DNA of 64,000 nucleotides from an uncultured Clostridia bacterium (GCA_947627595.1 CANQWQ010000004.1:4341-68340); one strand, 5' to 3'. Numbered from the stretch's first letter, positions 21,743-32,206 are shown. Notes: generated by a model from the letters alone, not told the origin. Numbers and translations: made by a program.

Positions 21743-24700
21743 CCACATGTTCTGATCCAGTATATTTTTCCCACCAAGCAATTCCTTTTTCAATAAATTC
21801 TATTATTTGTTCTCTTGTAGCTTTTTCTTCGCCATTTCCTAACATTTCTTCTGGTGATTTAATTTCTACTGTTCCAACATCTGAGATTTTTACATTTAAT
21901 TTGTTATTTTTATATGTTAGATTATTTACTGTGTCAGTTATTGTAAAGTCTGAAGATGTCTTGATTTCTGAAATATATTGATTATCATCAGTTAAAGTTA
22001 CAATTAATTTTACTTCACTTTCTTCTGGTAAATCATCGTCTAAGCCTTCGCTTTCAGAGCTAATATATTGTAGATTTAGCCAATTTTTCATTCTTTCAAC
22101 ATTAATTGTTATTTCATAAGTGTTTTCGCTATCTTCAGCTTTTTTAATTCTATCTATTGCATTAATAGTTGTTTTATCTTTTTTAATTAAGTCTTGTAAT
22201 AAGCTAAGTTCGCTAATTCCATAACCTGTTCTTAAGCTTGAATCATATCTCCAGTCATTTAAATATACTCTTGAATCATCTTTATCTTCGCCTTTTGAAG
22301 CGACTATAACTACATCACTATTATTAATATAGTTATTTTTTGGGAAAACATATTCTTCACAAGGTTTTCCGTTAGATTCGAAAGTTGTATATTTTAGTCT
22401 TTTTTCTTTATCATATTCAAGTGTATATTTATCAGTGTTTCCTTTGATGTAATTATCTTTTTCGTATTTTAAATTATTAGAATTTGCTGTAGCTTTAGCT
22501 GCATTATTTATAAGTTCTTCAAGTGTTTCTACATCAGAGTAATCAACTGTAAATTCTTGAATTTCATACTCGTCTTCAGTTGGACCATCAGCATCTAATC
22601 TGATTTCATATAATTTTCCATTATTTCCTTTTATATTAGAAGCCTTAATTGCCTCTAGTTGTAAAGTCATAACGTTTGAATTACTTATTCTAGCAATTCC
22701 ATTATCACTATATGAGCTATAAAGATAAGTATCTTCATCACCATTAGGGTCTATTACTGAAACCGTTGAAACTCCAGTTACAAAGTCATTTGAAGCTAAT
22801 TCTACTGGAATATAGAATTTTCCATCTTCACTTTGTGTTGAGATTAATCCAGAGACTTTATTTCCTTCTACTTCAAGTCCGCTAATAGTTAGGCCTTCTT
22901 CTTGTAACATAGATATTTCAGAAATTATTTTTACAGGTTGAACTCCTTCTGGATTAGTCTCTAATACTTGGTCACCTTTTAAGTATACGACCTTTACTTT
23001 GTGGAAATCTTTTACTACAAATTCGATTCCATTAAAGTTTTCTGAACTTTCACATTCAGCTGCAATTGTAGCAATTTCAGTAGTATTTTCTTTATTATAG
23101 TTAAAATCTATATCTGCATTTGAACCGCTTGAATCTTTTGAAAGTTTAACAGTATAGCCTGTTCCATATAATTTGTTACTTGCAATTCTTACATCTGTCT
23201 CGCCATCTTCTGCTTCAGCTGTTGAGTCAAATGTTTTTATTGTTATAGCATTTAATTTACTTTCATTACTTGTATCGTTTTTACCAAAATCATTTAAGTA
23301 AATCTCTGTTCCTTCTGCTAGAGCGCCATCAACGTTAATGTAGTTATCTGTTACTTTAGTTGAATCAAAAGTACACCATCTAACATCAACTGCAACTTTT
23401 TCTGCATTATAATTTATAGCATTTTTAACAGTTTGACTTTCACTTACATTTTTCAATGTTGCTTGCCATAATGAGAATTTAGCAATTCCACTTTCAGGCT
23501 GTGCGGTTTCAATTTTAACATCTATTAAAGCATCTTTATTTTCCTGTGCATCAACTTCAAGATTTAATCTTTGGAATCCTACTTTATCAGCAGTAATACT
23601 AATTCCTTTAGTTTTTAAAGTTACTTTGGTTGACTCTCCAATTATTATAAGATTTCTATTAATATTTAATTCTGACTCTAAATCTATTCGTTTATCTTCA
23701 CTTTCTGGAGCTATTATTATTTTTGTAATTTCAGGTTTTGCTAAAGCTTGATTAAAGGCTTCTTTTGTACTTACCTTTTCTGTTCCTTTTTCTAATTCTA
23801 CTTTATATGTAATCCAATAATGTTTATTATCTTTTGCTGTTAATTCATCTTTTTTAATTACATCTTTTGGAAGTTCTGTGTCATCTTTGACTATAACATA
23901 GTCACGACTTTCAGTAAATCCAACAGCTGTATAAGTTTCTCCATCATAATTGAATCCTGAAAGTGCGTCATAACCAGTTGTAGGTAGCTTAACTTTTTCG
24001 TTATATAAATTATATCTAACAAAATCTAGTCTATATCCACCTTCATAACTGTAAAATACTGTTTCAAAAATCTTTGAGTGTTCTGCTTCATTGTAATAGT
24101 TACAATAATTATAAGTTGAATCTACTTCCTTATAATCGCCTTTAGGGTTCTTTTTCTCTCCGCCTTGATCTTCATATTTTGTAATCTTTTCTATTGTTTC
24201 TAATTTAGTAGCTGTTTGGCTCTTGCTATCTTTTAAATCAACTGTAGCGCCAGTTTTGCTAGCTCTTACAACTGGATTATTATAGTTTTCACCTTCATAA
24301 GTTATATCTCTAGCTGTTAAACTTCCACTATCTACTTGAATTCCGGCTTGTTTAGAACCTTTTAAACTAATATTATCAATTGCTACACCTTCAGCTGTTA
24401 CAACAAATATTGTATTAACTGAATCACCTTGAGCTGTTAACACATGGCTTCCACCGTGAATTGTAACTTTTTGAGTTATTTCAATTGGTGCGCTAACTGT
24501 AAATGGTTGACCTATATAAATTTCTTTTTCTGTTTGTTGTAAAGCTTCTTTTAAACTACTTTCATCATAAACTGTTATTATATCTGAATCAAAAGTAAAT
24601 TTATATGATGTTGGAACAACCTCTTCACTCATCAATGAAATTCCATTTTCTTCTGGGGCTTTAGCAAGTGTAACTGTTTTTGAAATATTTTTTGGATTAA

Positions 24701-27700
24701 ATGATAAAGTGAAATTATTATATGTTGTATTTCCAGCTAATGTGCTTAAAGTAACCTTATCATCAGTTCCACCAGCTTCACTAAATTTAGTACTTAATAT
24801 AGTGTCATATAATTCTTTTGCACCACTTTGAATTGTTGTTTTTAAATTAGTTTGATTTGTTTCATCGCCTTTTGTAAATGTTTTTGTATTATCAGTTCCT
24901 ATTGTTAATGAAACTTCTTGAATCTCATCTTTTAATAAAATATAAGCTATAGTTCCAGGAATACTTGTTTCATTCATTTTTTCTAGTTTAACATTTGGAT
25001 CTAATACTTTAATAGTAACATTTGCTCCATCTTTTTCTAAAACAAACTTCTCACTAAAGTCATCTGATTGAGATCCTTCTTCTTTTCCTTTTGGTGAGTT
25101 TAAATCATCTATTACATCACTTATAAATTTATCTGAATATAAATTCCAGTGTGGAACTAAAGTTACGTTTCCTGAACCTTTTGCAAAAGTTATTTCACTA
25201 TATTTTGTTCCATCATCTTTGTTCCAATATGCGAAATCATGATAAACGTCATCTGCTTTTGGTTCATCTTTTGGGAACATTTCTTCTGAAATTGTTTCTC
25301 CGTCCCAGATTGTAACTTTCTCAGTCTTTTCACCATCTTTAAATTCAACTTCATGTGATGTTAAGAATTCTAATTCTGAATAATTAATTGTTTCTTCATA
25401 TGGTAAGAAATATTTTCCGTCTCCGTCCCAGTCAATCTCATATTTGATTTCTTTAGTTTCACTATTATCTTTTAATTTAATTAAGGCTACAACGAAATCA
25501 TTTCCATCATCTGGAGAAACTGGAGCTTTATATTGTCCACTTTCGTCTTGGAATTTAACTGTCCATTTACCTTTTTGATAGTGTTCTGAGCCTTCAACTT
25601 GATTATCAGTTGGTCCATAAACTTTTAATACAACATAATATCCATTGCCGTCTTTAAATCCAGCTTTATCAACATTTTGTTGTTTAACTGAACCAGTTAA
25701 TTTTTCATTTAGTCCATTAGCACTAATTTCTAAGCCATTTCCGGCATCTTCTAGTTTATATCCCCAAGTTTCTAATTCTTTTTTATCTTTTTCAGGAATA
25801 TAACCGTTATGTTGTTCACTTTCTTGTGTATCAGTACTGTTTCCAACTTCAGTATCTGTATAGAAACTTTCAGATTGGAAATCTAACTCGCTCCAATCAA
25901 TTGTTAAAGTATATGGAGCATATTCTTTATCTTCTCTATCAAAATCTATTGTAATTTTAAATTTTTTAGTTGTTCCATCTTTACTTGGATTTACATATTT
26001 TAATACATAGATTTCATCACTATTTCCGAAGTCACTTAAACTTATTGTATTTGTTTCTCCGTCTCCATCTCCATCTGTTAAGAATTTAACAGATGTTGAA
26101 GTCTCTGAAACTGTCATTGCTTTAACTGTTGTAGGTTTCTTTAATTTAAATAATAAATAATAATCATAAGCGCTTCCGAAAGGATTGTTATTATCCCATT
26201 CGCTATCATCAAAAATTGGAATAAATCCTGTCACTTTAACAGTGTATGGATCTTTTTCGTCTGTTTCAAATTTAGTTTCGTAATTCTCTCCTGGTTTCCA
26301 ACCGTCAAAACCTTCGTCTCCTTCAATTCCACTTAAATCTGTATCAACGTTTTCAACTTCAACTTTTGATTCTTTTTCAAAAGTTACACCACAATAATCT
26401 ATTTCATAAAGTGTTGGTAAATATTCTTTTCCGTCCCAGTCAATTCTATAGTAAATTGATTTTCCGCAATCACAAGATGTAGCTGGTTCTCCAGATTCTT
26501 TACAACATTGTGCTGTGCAAGTAGGCTCTTCTCCTTTACATTTTTCACAACCTGTTGTATCTTTATCAAATCTATATAAAATTGTTAAGTTTCCATTTTC
26601 ATCGAAATCATCAGGCTTAAATGTTTTCTTAACTGTAGTTTGTTCTTCTTCACCAGTTGGTTTCTTTTCTAGACGTTCAATTTTAATTTTATCTTTGCTA
26701 GTTCCAGTTGGAGCTGTAAAACTAAAATCAAAATAATATCCGTCTTTTTTGTCAGCTCCAAAAGCTTTATCATCAGATAATTCTTGTTCAGACATCTCGC
26801 CTTTTAATAAACCATCTGTTAATGATAAATTTTTATTCTTTTCTGAGCTATATCCATAGCTTGTAAATGTTTTTTGATCATTTGCGCTTGGTTTGTGTAA
26901 TTCTACAGTAACTTCAGAGTTTTGCTGGAATTTTAATTCACTGTAATCTATTGTAACTGTATATGGTGCATAGCCATCAGCATCACCATCTAAGTCAACT
27001 GTGATAGTAAATTCTTTATTTCCATTTATTCCATCTGGTTCAACTTTCATTAAAAGTGCTACATCATTATCTGTATCAAAACTATCTTTTCCAAGAGTCT
27101 TTGTTATATCTTGACCATTACTATCTTTTGTAGGAACTTTAACTTCTACGCTTTCTGTTTTATTTTCTTCTGTATGAATTACAAAAACTATATAATATCC
27201 TGGGTTTTCTTCACCATAAAATCCTGCGTGAACATCACTCATTAATGGAAGTAAACCACTGAATTTTACTTTTCCATCATTACCTGTTGTAATTGTAACC
27301 CCATCTATAAATTCTTGATATTTTTCTTCTGGTTTAAAGCCTAAAGCTTCAAACGCACTTTTAATTTTTTCTTCAGCTTCTTTTGGTAAATCTTTTGAAA
27401 CTGAGAATTTTGAATTTTTCTCAAATTTAACATTACAATAATCTATTGTATAAGTAACTGGAGTATAAGCTCCGCCGTCACCATCTAAGTCAACTGTAAA
27501 TGTAACTTTCTTAGTACACTTGCAATCAGCTATATTTCCATCTTCTTTACAAGTACATTCATCTGAACAAGTTGCACTTGTATTTCCAACTCTAATTAAA
27601 AGTGTTAATGAATCATTTTCATCTTCAAGTGTTAAAGTTTTACTAACATCTTCATTTTTAACTTTAATTGTTGGTTTAAATTTAACGCTTGAGTCTAAAT

Positions 27701-29402
27701 CTTCTATTTTAGAATTTGTTGGATCTATATTTACTGCAAAGTAGTAACCTTTAGCTTTATCTTTTCCATAAACATCTTCATTTAAAGTTTGTTCTGAAAT
27801 TTCTCCAGATAATTTTCCATTAGAATCTAATGTATAATCTCCAGAGTCGCCATGTTTATATCCCCAATCATTTAATTCTGGAGTTGTATCTGGTTTTTTA
27901 ACTGTGATAGTAGTAGTTTCTTCTTCTCTAGTTTGTTTATCACCACATAATTTACAAGTTTTTTCTAATTTTCCATTTTCTCCAATTTTCCAACCTTCAT
28001 AGTTATGGCCTAACTTTTCAATTGTAGTTGTTTTTGTATCTGTATATGTTTTTGAAATAAATTTAACTGTAGCTGTATATGTAGTTGTTCCACCTTCTGT
28101 ACAAGTAGCAGCTTTAATAGTAGTTGTAATTTTATTTTCATCTTTGCTATCTGCCTTAGCAGTAACAGTTTTTGAATGGTTACATCCACTTACAGTACAT
28201 TTAAATGTAGCTGTAGCAGATACCGTTCCACTCCAGCTCCAAGTAGGTTCACCATAGGTATGTGTATGCGTTGTAGGTTCTTGTGGCTTATCTGGTTTTG
28301 ATGGCTTATCAGGATCAACTATTTCACCTTGAACTGTTTTTGTTTGTTTATATATAAAACCGTCTAATTCAACTTTAGCAGTATATGTTGTTTCTCCTTC
28401 GAATTTTTCAGTAGAAACTTCAGCTGTTAAAGTAGTTGGGTGGTCAGCTCTTTTACAAACGAAAGTAGCTGTAACTTTTCCATCTTCTCCCCATTCCCAA
28501 GTTGGGTCTTCCCATTCATGTCCAAGTGCAGGTTTTTCAGTAGGTTTTAAAATTATCTTTCCACAAATTTGACATTTTCTTCCACCAAAATGACCTGGCT
28601 CTGTACAAGTAGGTTCTACAACTTCTTTTATATCAACTGCTTTATGTCTAGTTGTTCTTTCATCTGCTTCTGAATTTGTATAGCAATGAACAAATAATCC
28701 TTTATAATCCTTATTTTCTCCAAATGCATTTTGTAAGTCTTTATATGTAGCTAAATAGCAATCTAAGTTAACATCTGAGCTTGGGTCTCTTAACTCATTT
28801 ATTCCACAAGTTAAGAAGTGGTCAAATGCAGCTGTAAAATTATTTGAACCAAACGCTACTAAAAGGTCTGTGTTTGTGTTTAAATAATACTCTACATCAA
28901 AATATTTGCTACCTCTACGTCCTTCCTTAATTCCATTTGTGTAAAAGTGATTATAAATACCTTTATAATCTTTTCCAAATGCTCTTTTTACGTCTGGATA
29001 TTTAGAAGCATAATATTCAGGATCTATGTATGGACTTCCTGATCTATTTTCGTTAATTCCGGTATTTACAAAGTGGTTATAAGCTTCTCTATAATTAGTA
29101 CCAAACGCTTTTCTTAAATCTTGGTATTTATTTAAATAATAATTAACATCAAAATATGGGCTACCAGTTCTACCTTCGCTAATTCCAAAGTTTATAAAAT
29201 GGTTATAAGCCCCTAGATAATTATTTTCTCCATAAGCTTTTCTAACATCTGGATATTCCCTTAAATAATATTCTGCGTTAAAAGTTACACTATCATATTT
29301 AGTAGTTGCTTCTGTTTTGATTGTCAAAATTAACATCAGAATAATTGAAAATACCATCATTTTAAGTATTTTTCTTAAGTACAAGTTTTTACTACTTTGC
29401 AT
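21729..29402 (-). CDS. Giant secreted protein (2557 aa): signal peptide, 4-5 tandem ~37-aa Tyr/Asn-rich repeats, Cys-rich modules, many Ig-like segments, pectate-lyase-like beta-helix region; no C-terminal anchor
   Basis: [32 protein letters not shown] is a signal peptide. Repeat pattern YYLxxYxDVxxAFGxNYxxAYNHFxNxGIxEGRxGSPYFD. Beta-helix-like stretch VTIHGGSHVLTAQGDSVNTIFVVTAEGVAIDNISLKG. It ends ...EKYTGSEHVGDGP with no sorting signal. Confidence 0.85.
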   Translation of the reverse strand: MQSSKNLYLRKILKMMVFSIILMLILTIKTEATTKYDSVTFNAEYYLREYPDVRKAYGENNYLGAYNHFINFGISEGRTGSPYFDVNYYLNKYQDLRKAFGTNYREAYNHFVNTGINENRSGSPYIDPEYYASKYPDVKRAFGKDYKGIYNHFYTNGIKEGRRGSKYFDVEYYLNTNTDLLVAFGSNNFTAAFDHFLTCGINELRDPSSDVNLDCYLATYKDLQNAFGENKDYKGLFVHCYTNSEADERTTRHKAVDIKEVVEPTCTEPGHFGGRKCQICGKIILKPTEKPALGHEWEDPTWEWGEDGKVTATFVCKRADHPTTLTAEVSTEKFEGETTYTAKVELDGFIYKQTKTVQGEIVDPDKPSKPDKPQEPTTHTHTYGEPTWSWSGTVSATATFKCTVSGCNHSKTVTAKADSKDENKITTTIKAATCTEGGTTTYTATVKFISKTYTDTKTTTIEKLGHNYEGWKIGENGKLEKTCKLCGDKQTREEETTTITVKKPDTTPELNDWGYKHGDSGDYTLDSNGKLSGEISEQTLNEDVYGKDKAKGYYFAVNIDPTNSKIEDLDSSVKFKPTIKVKNEDVSKTLTLEDENDSLTLLIRVGNTSATCSDECTCKEDGNIADCKCTKKVTFTVDLDGDGGAYTPVTYTIDYCNVKFEKNSKFSVSKDLPKEAEEKIKSAFEALGFKPEEKYQEFIDGVTITTGNDGKVKFSGLLPLMSDVHAGFYGEENPGYYIVFVIHTEENKTESVEVKVPTKDSNGQDITKTLGKDSFDTDNDVALLMKVEPDGINGNKEFTITVDLDGDADGYAPYTVTIDYSELKFQQNSEVTVELHKPSANDQKTFTSYGYSSEKNKNLSLTDGLLKGEMSEQELSDDKAFGADKKDGYYFDFSFTAPTGTSKDKIKIERLEKKPTGEEEQTTVKKTFKPDDFDENGNLTILYRFDKDTTGCEKCKGEEPTCTAQCCKESGEPATSCDCGKSIYYRIDWDGKEYLPTLYEIDYCGVTFEKESKVEVENVDTDLSGIEGDEGFDGWKPGENYETKFETDEKDPYTVKVTGFIPIFDDSEWDNNNPFGSAYDYYLLFKLKKPTTVKAMTVSETSTSVKFLTDGDGDGETNTISLSDFGNSDEIYVLKYVNPSKDGTTKKFKITIDFDREDKEYAPYTLTIDWSELDFQSESFYTDTEVGNSTDTQESEQHNGYIPEKDKKELETWGYKLEDAGNGLEISANGLNEKLTGSVKQQNVDKAGFKDGNGYYVVLKVYGPTDNQVEGSEHYQKGKWTVKFQDESGQYKAPVSPDDGNDFVVALIKLKDNSETKEIKYEIDWDGDGKYFLPYEETINYSELEFLTSHEVEFKDGEKTEKVTIWDGETISEEMFPKDEPKADDVYHDFAYWNKDDGTKYSEITFAKGSGNVTLVPHWNLYSDKFISDVIDDLNSPKGKEEGSQSDDFSEKFVLEKDGANVTIKVLDPNVKLEKMNETSIPGTIAYILLKDEIQEVSLTIGTDNTKTFTKGDETNQTNLKTTIQSGAKELYDTILSTKFSEAGGTDDKVTLSTLAGNTTYNNFTLSFNPKNISKTVTLAKAPEENGISLMSEEVVPTSYKFTFDSDIITVYDESSLKEALQQTEKEIYIGQPFTVSAPIEITQKVTIHGGSHVLTAQGDSVNTIFVVTAEGVAIDNISLKGSKQAGIQVDSGSLTARDITYEGENYNNPVVRASKTGATVDLKDSKSQTATKLETIEKITKYEDQGGEKKNPKGDYKEVDSTYNYCNYYNEAEHSKIFETVFYSYEGGYRLDFVRYNLYNEKVKLPTTGYDALSGFNYDGETYTAVGFTESRDYVIVKDDTELPKDVIKKDELTAKDNKHYWITYKVELEKGTEKVSTKEAFNQALAKPEITKIIIAPESEDKRIDLESELNINRNLIIIGESTKVTLKTKGISITADKVGFQRLNLEVDAQENKDALIDVKIETAQPESGIAKFSLWQATLKNVSESQTVKNAINYNAEKVAVDVRWCTFDSTKVTDNYINVDGALAEGTEIYLNDFGKNDTSNESKLNAITIKTFDSTAEAEDGETDVRIASNKLYGTGYTVKLSKDSSGSNADIDFNYNKENTTEIATIAAECESSENFNGIEFVVKDFHKVKVVYLKGDQVLETNPEGVQPVKIISEISMLQEEGLTISGLEVEGNKVSGLISTQSEDGKFYIPVELASNDFVTGVSTVSVIDPNGDEDTYLYSSYSDNGIARISNSNVMTLQLEAIKASNIKGNNGKLYEIRLDADGPTEDEYEIQEFTVDYSDVETLEELINNAAKATANSNNLKYEKDNYIKGNTDKYTLEYDKEKRLKYTTFESNGKPCEEYVFPKNNYINNSDVVIVASKGEDKDDSRVYLNDWRYDSSLRTGYGISELSLLQDLIKKDKTTINAIDRIKKAEDSENTYEITINVERMKNWLNLQYISSESEGLDDDLPEESEVKLIVTLTDDNQYISEIKTSSDFTITDTVNNLTYKNNKLNVKISDVGTVEIKSPEEMLGNGEEKATREQIIEFIEKGIAWWEKYTGSEHVGDGP
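28655..29291 (-). repeat. In-frame tandem coding repeats (4-5 x about 110 bp) at the 5' end of the 2557-aa gene
   Basis: Protein repeats FDVNYYLNKYQDLRKAFGTNYREAYNHFVNTGINENRSGSPY, PEYYASKYPDVKRAFGKDYKGIYNHFYTNGIKEGRRGSKY and similar. Coordinates are approximate. Confidence 0.6.
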
Positions 29403-29452
29403 AAGGATACCTCCTTTTTAAGACATAAAATCCCCTTATTATAATCATGTAA

Positions 29453-29481
29453 ATTATATCCTATTTTCGTGAGATTGTAAA
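29453..29481 (-). promoter_or_regulatory. Candidate sigma-A promoter for the 2557-aa gene (TTTACA-17-TATAAT)
   Basis: Minus-strand reading gcTTTACAatctcacgaaaataggaTATAATttacatg. The -35 is at plus 29476-29481 and the -10 at 29453-29458. RBS AAAGGAGG lies 8 nt before ATG 29402. Confidence 0.5.
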
Positions 29482-29566
29482 GCATTTTTTTGCCTTTTTT
29501 TAGGTATTTTCGAAAGTTTTTAATTCTTAAAAAATAGGGCAAAAATACCCCTAAAAAAGCAAAAAA

Positions 29567-29589
29567 ATTGCTAGATTTTCTCTAGCAAT
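29567..29589 (-). terminator. Rho-independent terminator after the yabE-like gene
   Basis: attgctaga ttttc tctagcaat is a 9-bp stem, flanked by A/T runs on both strands. Confidence 0.6.
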
Positions 29590-29605
29590 TTTCGTTTTTA
29601 TTTAA

Positions 29606-30586
29606 TTAATAAATATAACATTCTAAGTTTCTTCTACCAAAACTATAACATTCTGAAACTGTATCCATATAAACATCAAGTTTATTATTAGTGATTGCTC
29701 CGCCTCTATCTTCTACAACAAACCAACCGCCATTTGGTTGACTCGCAAAATATGGAACATAGATTATAGTTCCCATAGGAATTCCAGGGCCTGCAGCAAC
29801 TGTATACCAGCTAGAAGCGATTGCACCTGAAGCAGTTCTTTCATAGTTAGGATCTGATGGAGCTTTTCCACAAGTAGAAGCAGTATAAGCTGAAACATTT
29901 AAAGTTGTAACAGTAGGAGCAATTCCTTCAACTCTATCTTTTAAAGATAAACCTGAAAGTGCTCTATAACTAGCAGAACGTGAAACTATTCTAGTAGAAA
30001 TTTGAATAATTTTATCAACTGGTTCTTTTATAACTGTTTCAGAAACAACTTCTCTTTGAACCTCAACATCATTTTCATATCTAACTTTATATTTAATTTC
30101 TTTAATTCCATTTTGACCTTCTTGAAGAACTCTGTCTGTAGTATCTGTTCCAGCTTGTGAAACATCTTTAGTTACAGTCTCAAAAGGAATTTCAACTTGT
30201 TCTGTAACAAGTTTTTCTGTTATAGTAACATAGTTACCTAAAATTTGTTCAGTTGTAACATTTGTTTCTTCTTCAGCAACAACAACTGGTTTTTCACTAG
30301 CCTTTGAAATTTCGATAGTTTTAGAAGCATCAATTGGTTCATCTAAACCTGGAACAACTTTTTCATCTGAAAGAAGCTCAATATTGTTTTCTTCTAAGAT
30401 TTCTCCAACTGTAACTTTTGCAGTAACTACTGAAATCTCTGTATCATCTGTAAATCTAATAGTAATGTAGTTTAAATCGTTTTTAGACGCAAAAACTACT
30501 GCTACAAGTATAGCTCCTAAGATTATACTTATAGCAATAATTCTTCTAATTATCTTCAGTGATGATATATTATCATCTAGTTTCAT
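29606..30586 (-). CDS. yabE: YabE-like 3D-domain protein (N-terminal membrane anchor, DUF348-like region, G5 domain, C-terminal 3D/MltA-like domain)
   Basis: G5-like TTDRVLQEGQNGIKEIKYKVRYENDVEVQREVVSETVIKEPVDKIIQIST. The C-terminal TCGKAPSDPNYERTASGAIASSWYTVAAGPGIPMGTIIYVPYF...DRGGAI is typical of 3D (Asp-Asp-Asp) domains. Confidence 0.75.
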   Translation of the reverse strand: MKLDDNISSLKIIRRIIAISIILGAILVAVVFASKNDLNYITIRFTDDTEISVVTAKVTVGEILEENNIELLSDEKVVPGLDEPIDASKTIEISKASEKPVVVAEEETNVTTEQILGNYVTITEKLVTEQVEIPFETVTKDVSQAGTDTTDRVLQEGQNGIKEIKYKVRYENDVEVQREVVSETVIKEPVDKIIQISTRIVSRSASYRALSGLSLKDRVEGIAPTVTTLNVSAYTASTCGKAPSDPNYERTASGAIASSWYTVAAGPGIPMGTIIYVPYFASQPNGGWFVVEDRGGAITNNKLDVYMDTVSECYSFGRRNLECYIY

Positions 30587-30621
30587 ACAAATTTAATCCT
30601 CTCTTTCAAGTGACTATTCGC

Positions 30622-30650
30622 ATTATACTACTATTACTATTATTTGTCAA
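30622..30650 (-). promoter_or_regulatory. Consensus sigma-A promoter for the yabE-like gene (TTGACA-17-TATAAT)
   Basis: Minus-strand reading aatTTGACAaataatagtaatagtagTATAATgcg. The -35 is at plus 30645-30650 and the -10 at 30622-30627, about 35 nt upstream of GAGAGGA RBS and ATG 30586. Confidence 0.6.
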
Positions 30651-30656
30651 ATTTAA

Positions 30657-31214
30657 CTAAAAGCTAACTTTCACGTTTTTTCTAGCTTCTTCGTTCTCAA
30701 CTTCAAATAACTCTGATTTTTCGAAATGGAAAAGACCAGCAATTATATTAGTTGGGATAACGTCGATTTTAGTATTATATTCGTTAACAGCAGCATTATA
30801 TGAATTTCTAGAGCCGGCAATTTTTTCTTCTGTATTAGATAGTTCTAATTGTAGTTGTAAAAAGTTTTCACTAGCTTTTAAATCTGGGTAATTTTCAATA
30901 ACTGCATAAACAGAGCTTAAGCTTTTTGATAATTCACTATTTAATTTTCCTTTTTCTCCAACAGTTTTAGCTTCGCTCCAAGAAGTTCTAAGTTCTGTTA
31001 ATTTAGTTAAAGTTTCGCTTTCATGTTTAGCATAACCTTTAACAGTTTCAACTAAATTTGGAATTAGATCAAATCTTCTTTCTAGTTGAACATCAATTCC
31101 GCTCCATTCTTGTTTAACTTTATTTCTAGCAGCAACTAAACTATTATAAGCAACAATTACTAATAAAACTATCGCAACTAAAACTACTATTAAAACAATA
31201 ACCCCTATATTCAT
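30657..31214 (-). CDS. lemA: LemA family membrane protein
   Basis: N-terminal TM (MNIGVIVLIVVLVAIVLLVIVAYNSL), then the LemA core AARNKVKQEWSGIDVQLERRFDLIPNLVETVKGYAKHE and ENYPDLKASENFLQLQ. Confidence 0.85.
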   Translation of the reverse strand: MNIGVIVLIVVLVAIVLLVIVAYNSLVAARNKVKQEWSGIDVQLERRFDLIPNLVETVKGYAKHESETLTKLTELRTSWSEAKTVGEKGKLNSELSKSLSSVYAVIENYPDLKASENFLQLQLELSNTEEKIAGSRNSYNAAVNEYNTKIDVIPTNIIAGLFHFEKSELFEVENEEARKNVKVSF

Positions 31215-31240
31215 TTTTAACTTCCTTTCTTATTTTAAAA

Positions 31241-31262
31241 AGCTTTGGCTTTTGCCAAAGCT
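31241..31262 (-). terminator. Hairpin terminator between the cohesin-like gene and lemA
   Basis: agctttggc tttt gccaaagct is a perfect 9-bp stem. Confidence 0.45.
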
Positions 31263-31270
31263 ATTTTAAA

Positions 31271-32206
31271 TTATTCATGATAATTGTATTTTGAATATTT
31301 TTTATAGAATATGAAACCTAAAACAGCCATAGCTATAACTGGTATTATTATTAATTTATAACCTGTCTTTGGTAAGTTTGATGGTGAAACTGTATCATCA
31401 TTACTTCCTTGTTGTTGGCCACCCTGTTGTCCTCCTTGTTGACCACCTTGTTGTGTATCACCACCACTAGGTTTTTGAGTTTGTTCATTTTTAGCTTCGT
31501 TCTTAGCTGTATTTTTACTTTCGTTCTTTACTTCATTTTTAGTTTCATTTTTAACTAAATTTTGTGTTTCATTTTTTACTTCGTTTTTTGTAGTTTCATT
31601 ATCATCTTTATCAACTGTAGAACCAGATTTATTAATTATAACTTTAATTCCTTTATTAGTTAATTCTTGGCTTTCAAGAGGTTCATCTGAGAATACTTCA
31701 AATAATTTATAAACTATAGCTGAAGGATATTCTCCAGTAGCTGCATTACTTTTAACTTTAAAGTTTAATTTAAATAAACTTGTTCCACTTGTTAATGGTT
31801 TATTTAAGTTAATTACAACTTTGTAATCACCTTTCTCTGAAACTGTTTCTCTAGTAAATATAATTCCTGTATCTGTGCTAAGAGATAGGTCATCTGAATC
31901 ATAAACTGTTAATAGGTTATCTTCATTTATTTTAACTTTTCCATCACTGTCTCTAACTATACTTTCAACTGTTAGAGGTTCTAAGATGCTTTCATTTATA
32001 TCTATATAACCTTCAATAGCAGCAATTCCGCCTGTTGAACTTAGTTTATCTAGTTTAACTGTAATTGAAAATTCATCTCCTGGACGAATTATATCATTTT
32101 GAGTTTCAACATTAAAACCAAGTTCTCCGCTAATTGTGGCATATACACTAGTTGTAAATAAAATTAGCATTACAACTATATATAAAACAACCTGTCTTTT
32201 TTTCAT
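31271..32206 (-). CDS. LPXTG-anchored cohesin-domain-like surface protein (311 aa), N/K/E-rich and QQGG repeat linker
   Basis: Signal peptide MKKRQVVLYIVVMLILFTTSVYA. Cohesin-like beta-sandwich segment (IRPGDEFSITVKLDKLSSTGGIAAIEGYIDIN...), KNEVKNETKN and GGQQGGQQGGQQ low-complexity linker, then LPKTG + TM + KKYSKYNYHE. Confidence 0.7.
   Translation of the reverse strand: MKKRQVVLYIVVMLILFTTSVYATISGELGFNVETQNDIIRPGDEFSITVKLDKLSSTGGIAAIEGYIDINESILEPLTVESIVRDSDGKVKINEDNLLTVYDSDDLSLSTDTGIIFTRETVSEKGDYKVVINLNKPLTSGTSLFKLNFKVKSNAATGEYPSAIVYKLFEVFSDEPLESQELTNKGIKVIINKSGSTVDKDDNETTKNEVKNETQNLVKNETKNEVKNESKNTAKNEAKNEQTQKPSGGDTQQGGQQGGQQGGQQQGSNDDTVSPSNLPKTGYKLIIIPVIAMAVLGFIFYKKYSKYNYHE

Noticed and set aside
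31390-31470. DNA tandem repeats (ggtggccaacaa...), and similar at 17820-17950 and 4545-4575
   Set aside because: These are in-frame low-complexity coding repeats (QQGG, NNNQ, EK). They are not CRISPR or noncoding satellite; no spacer-repeat periodicity.
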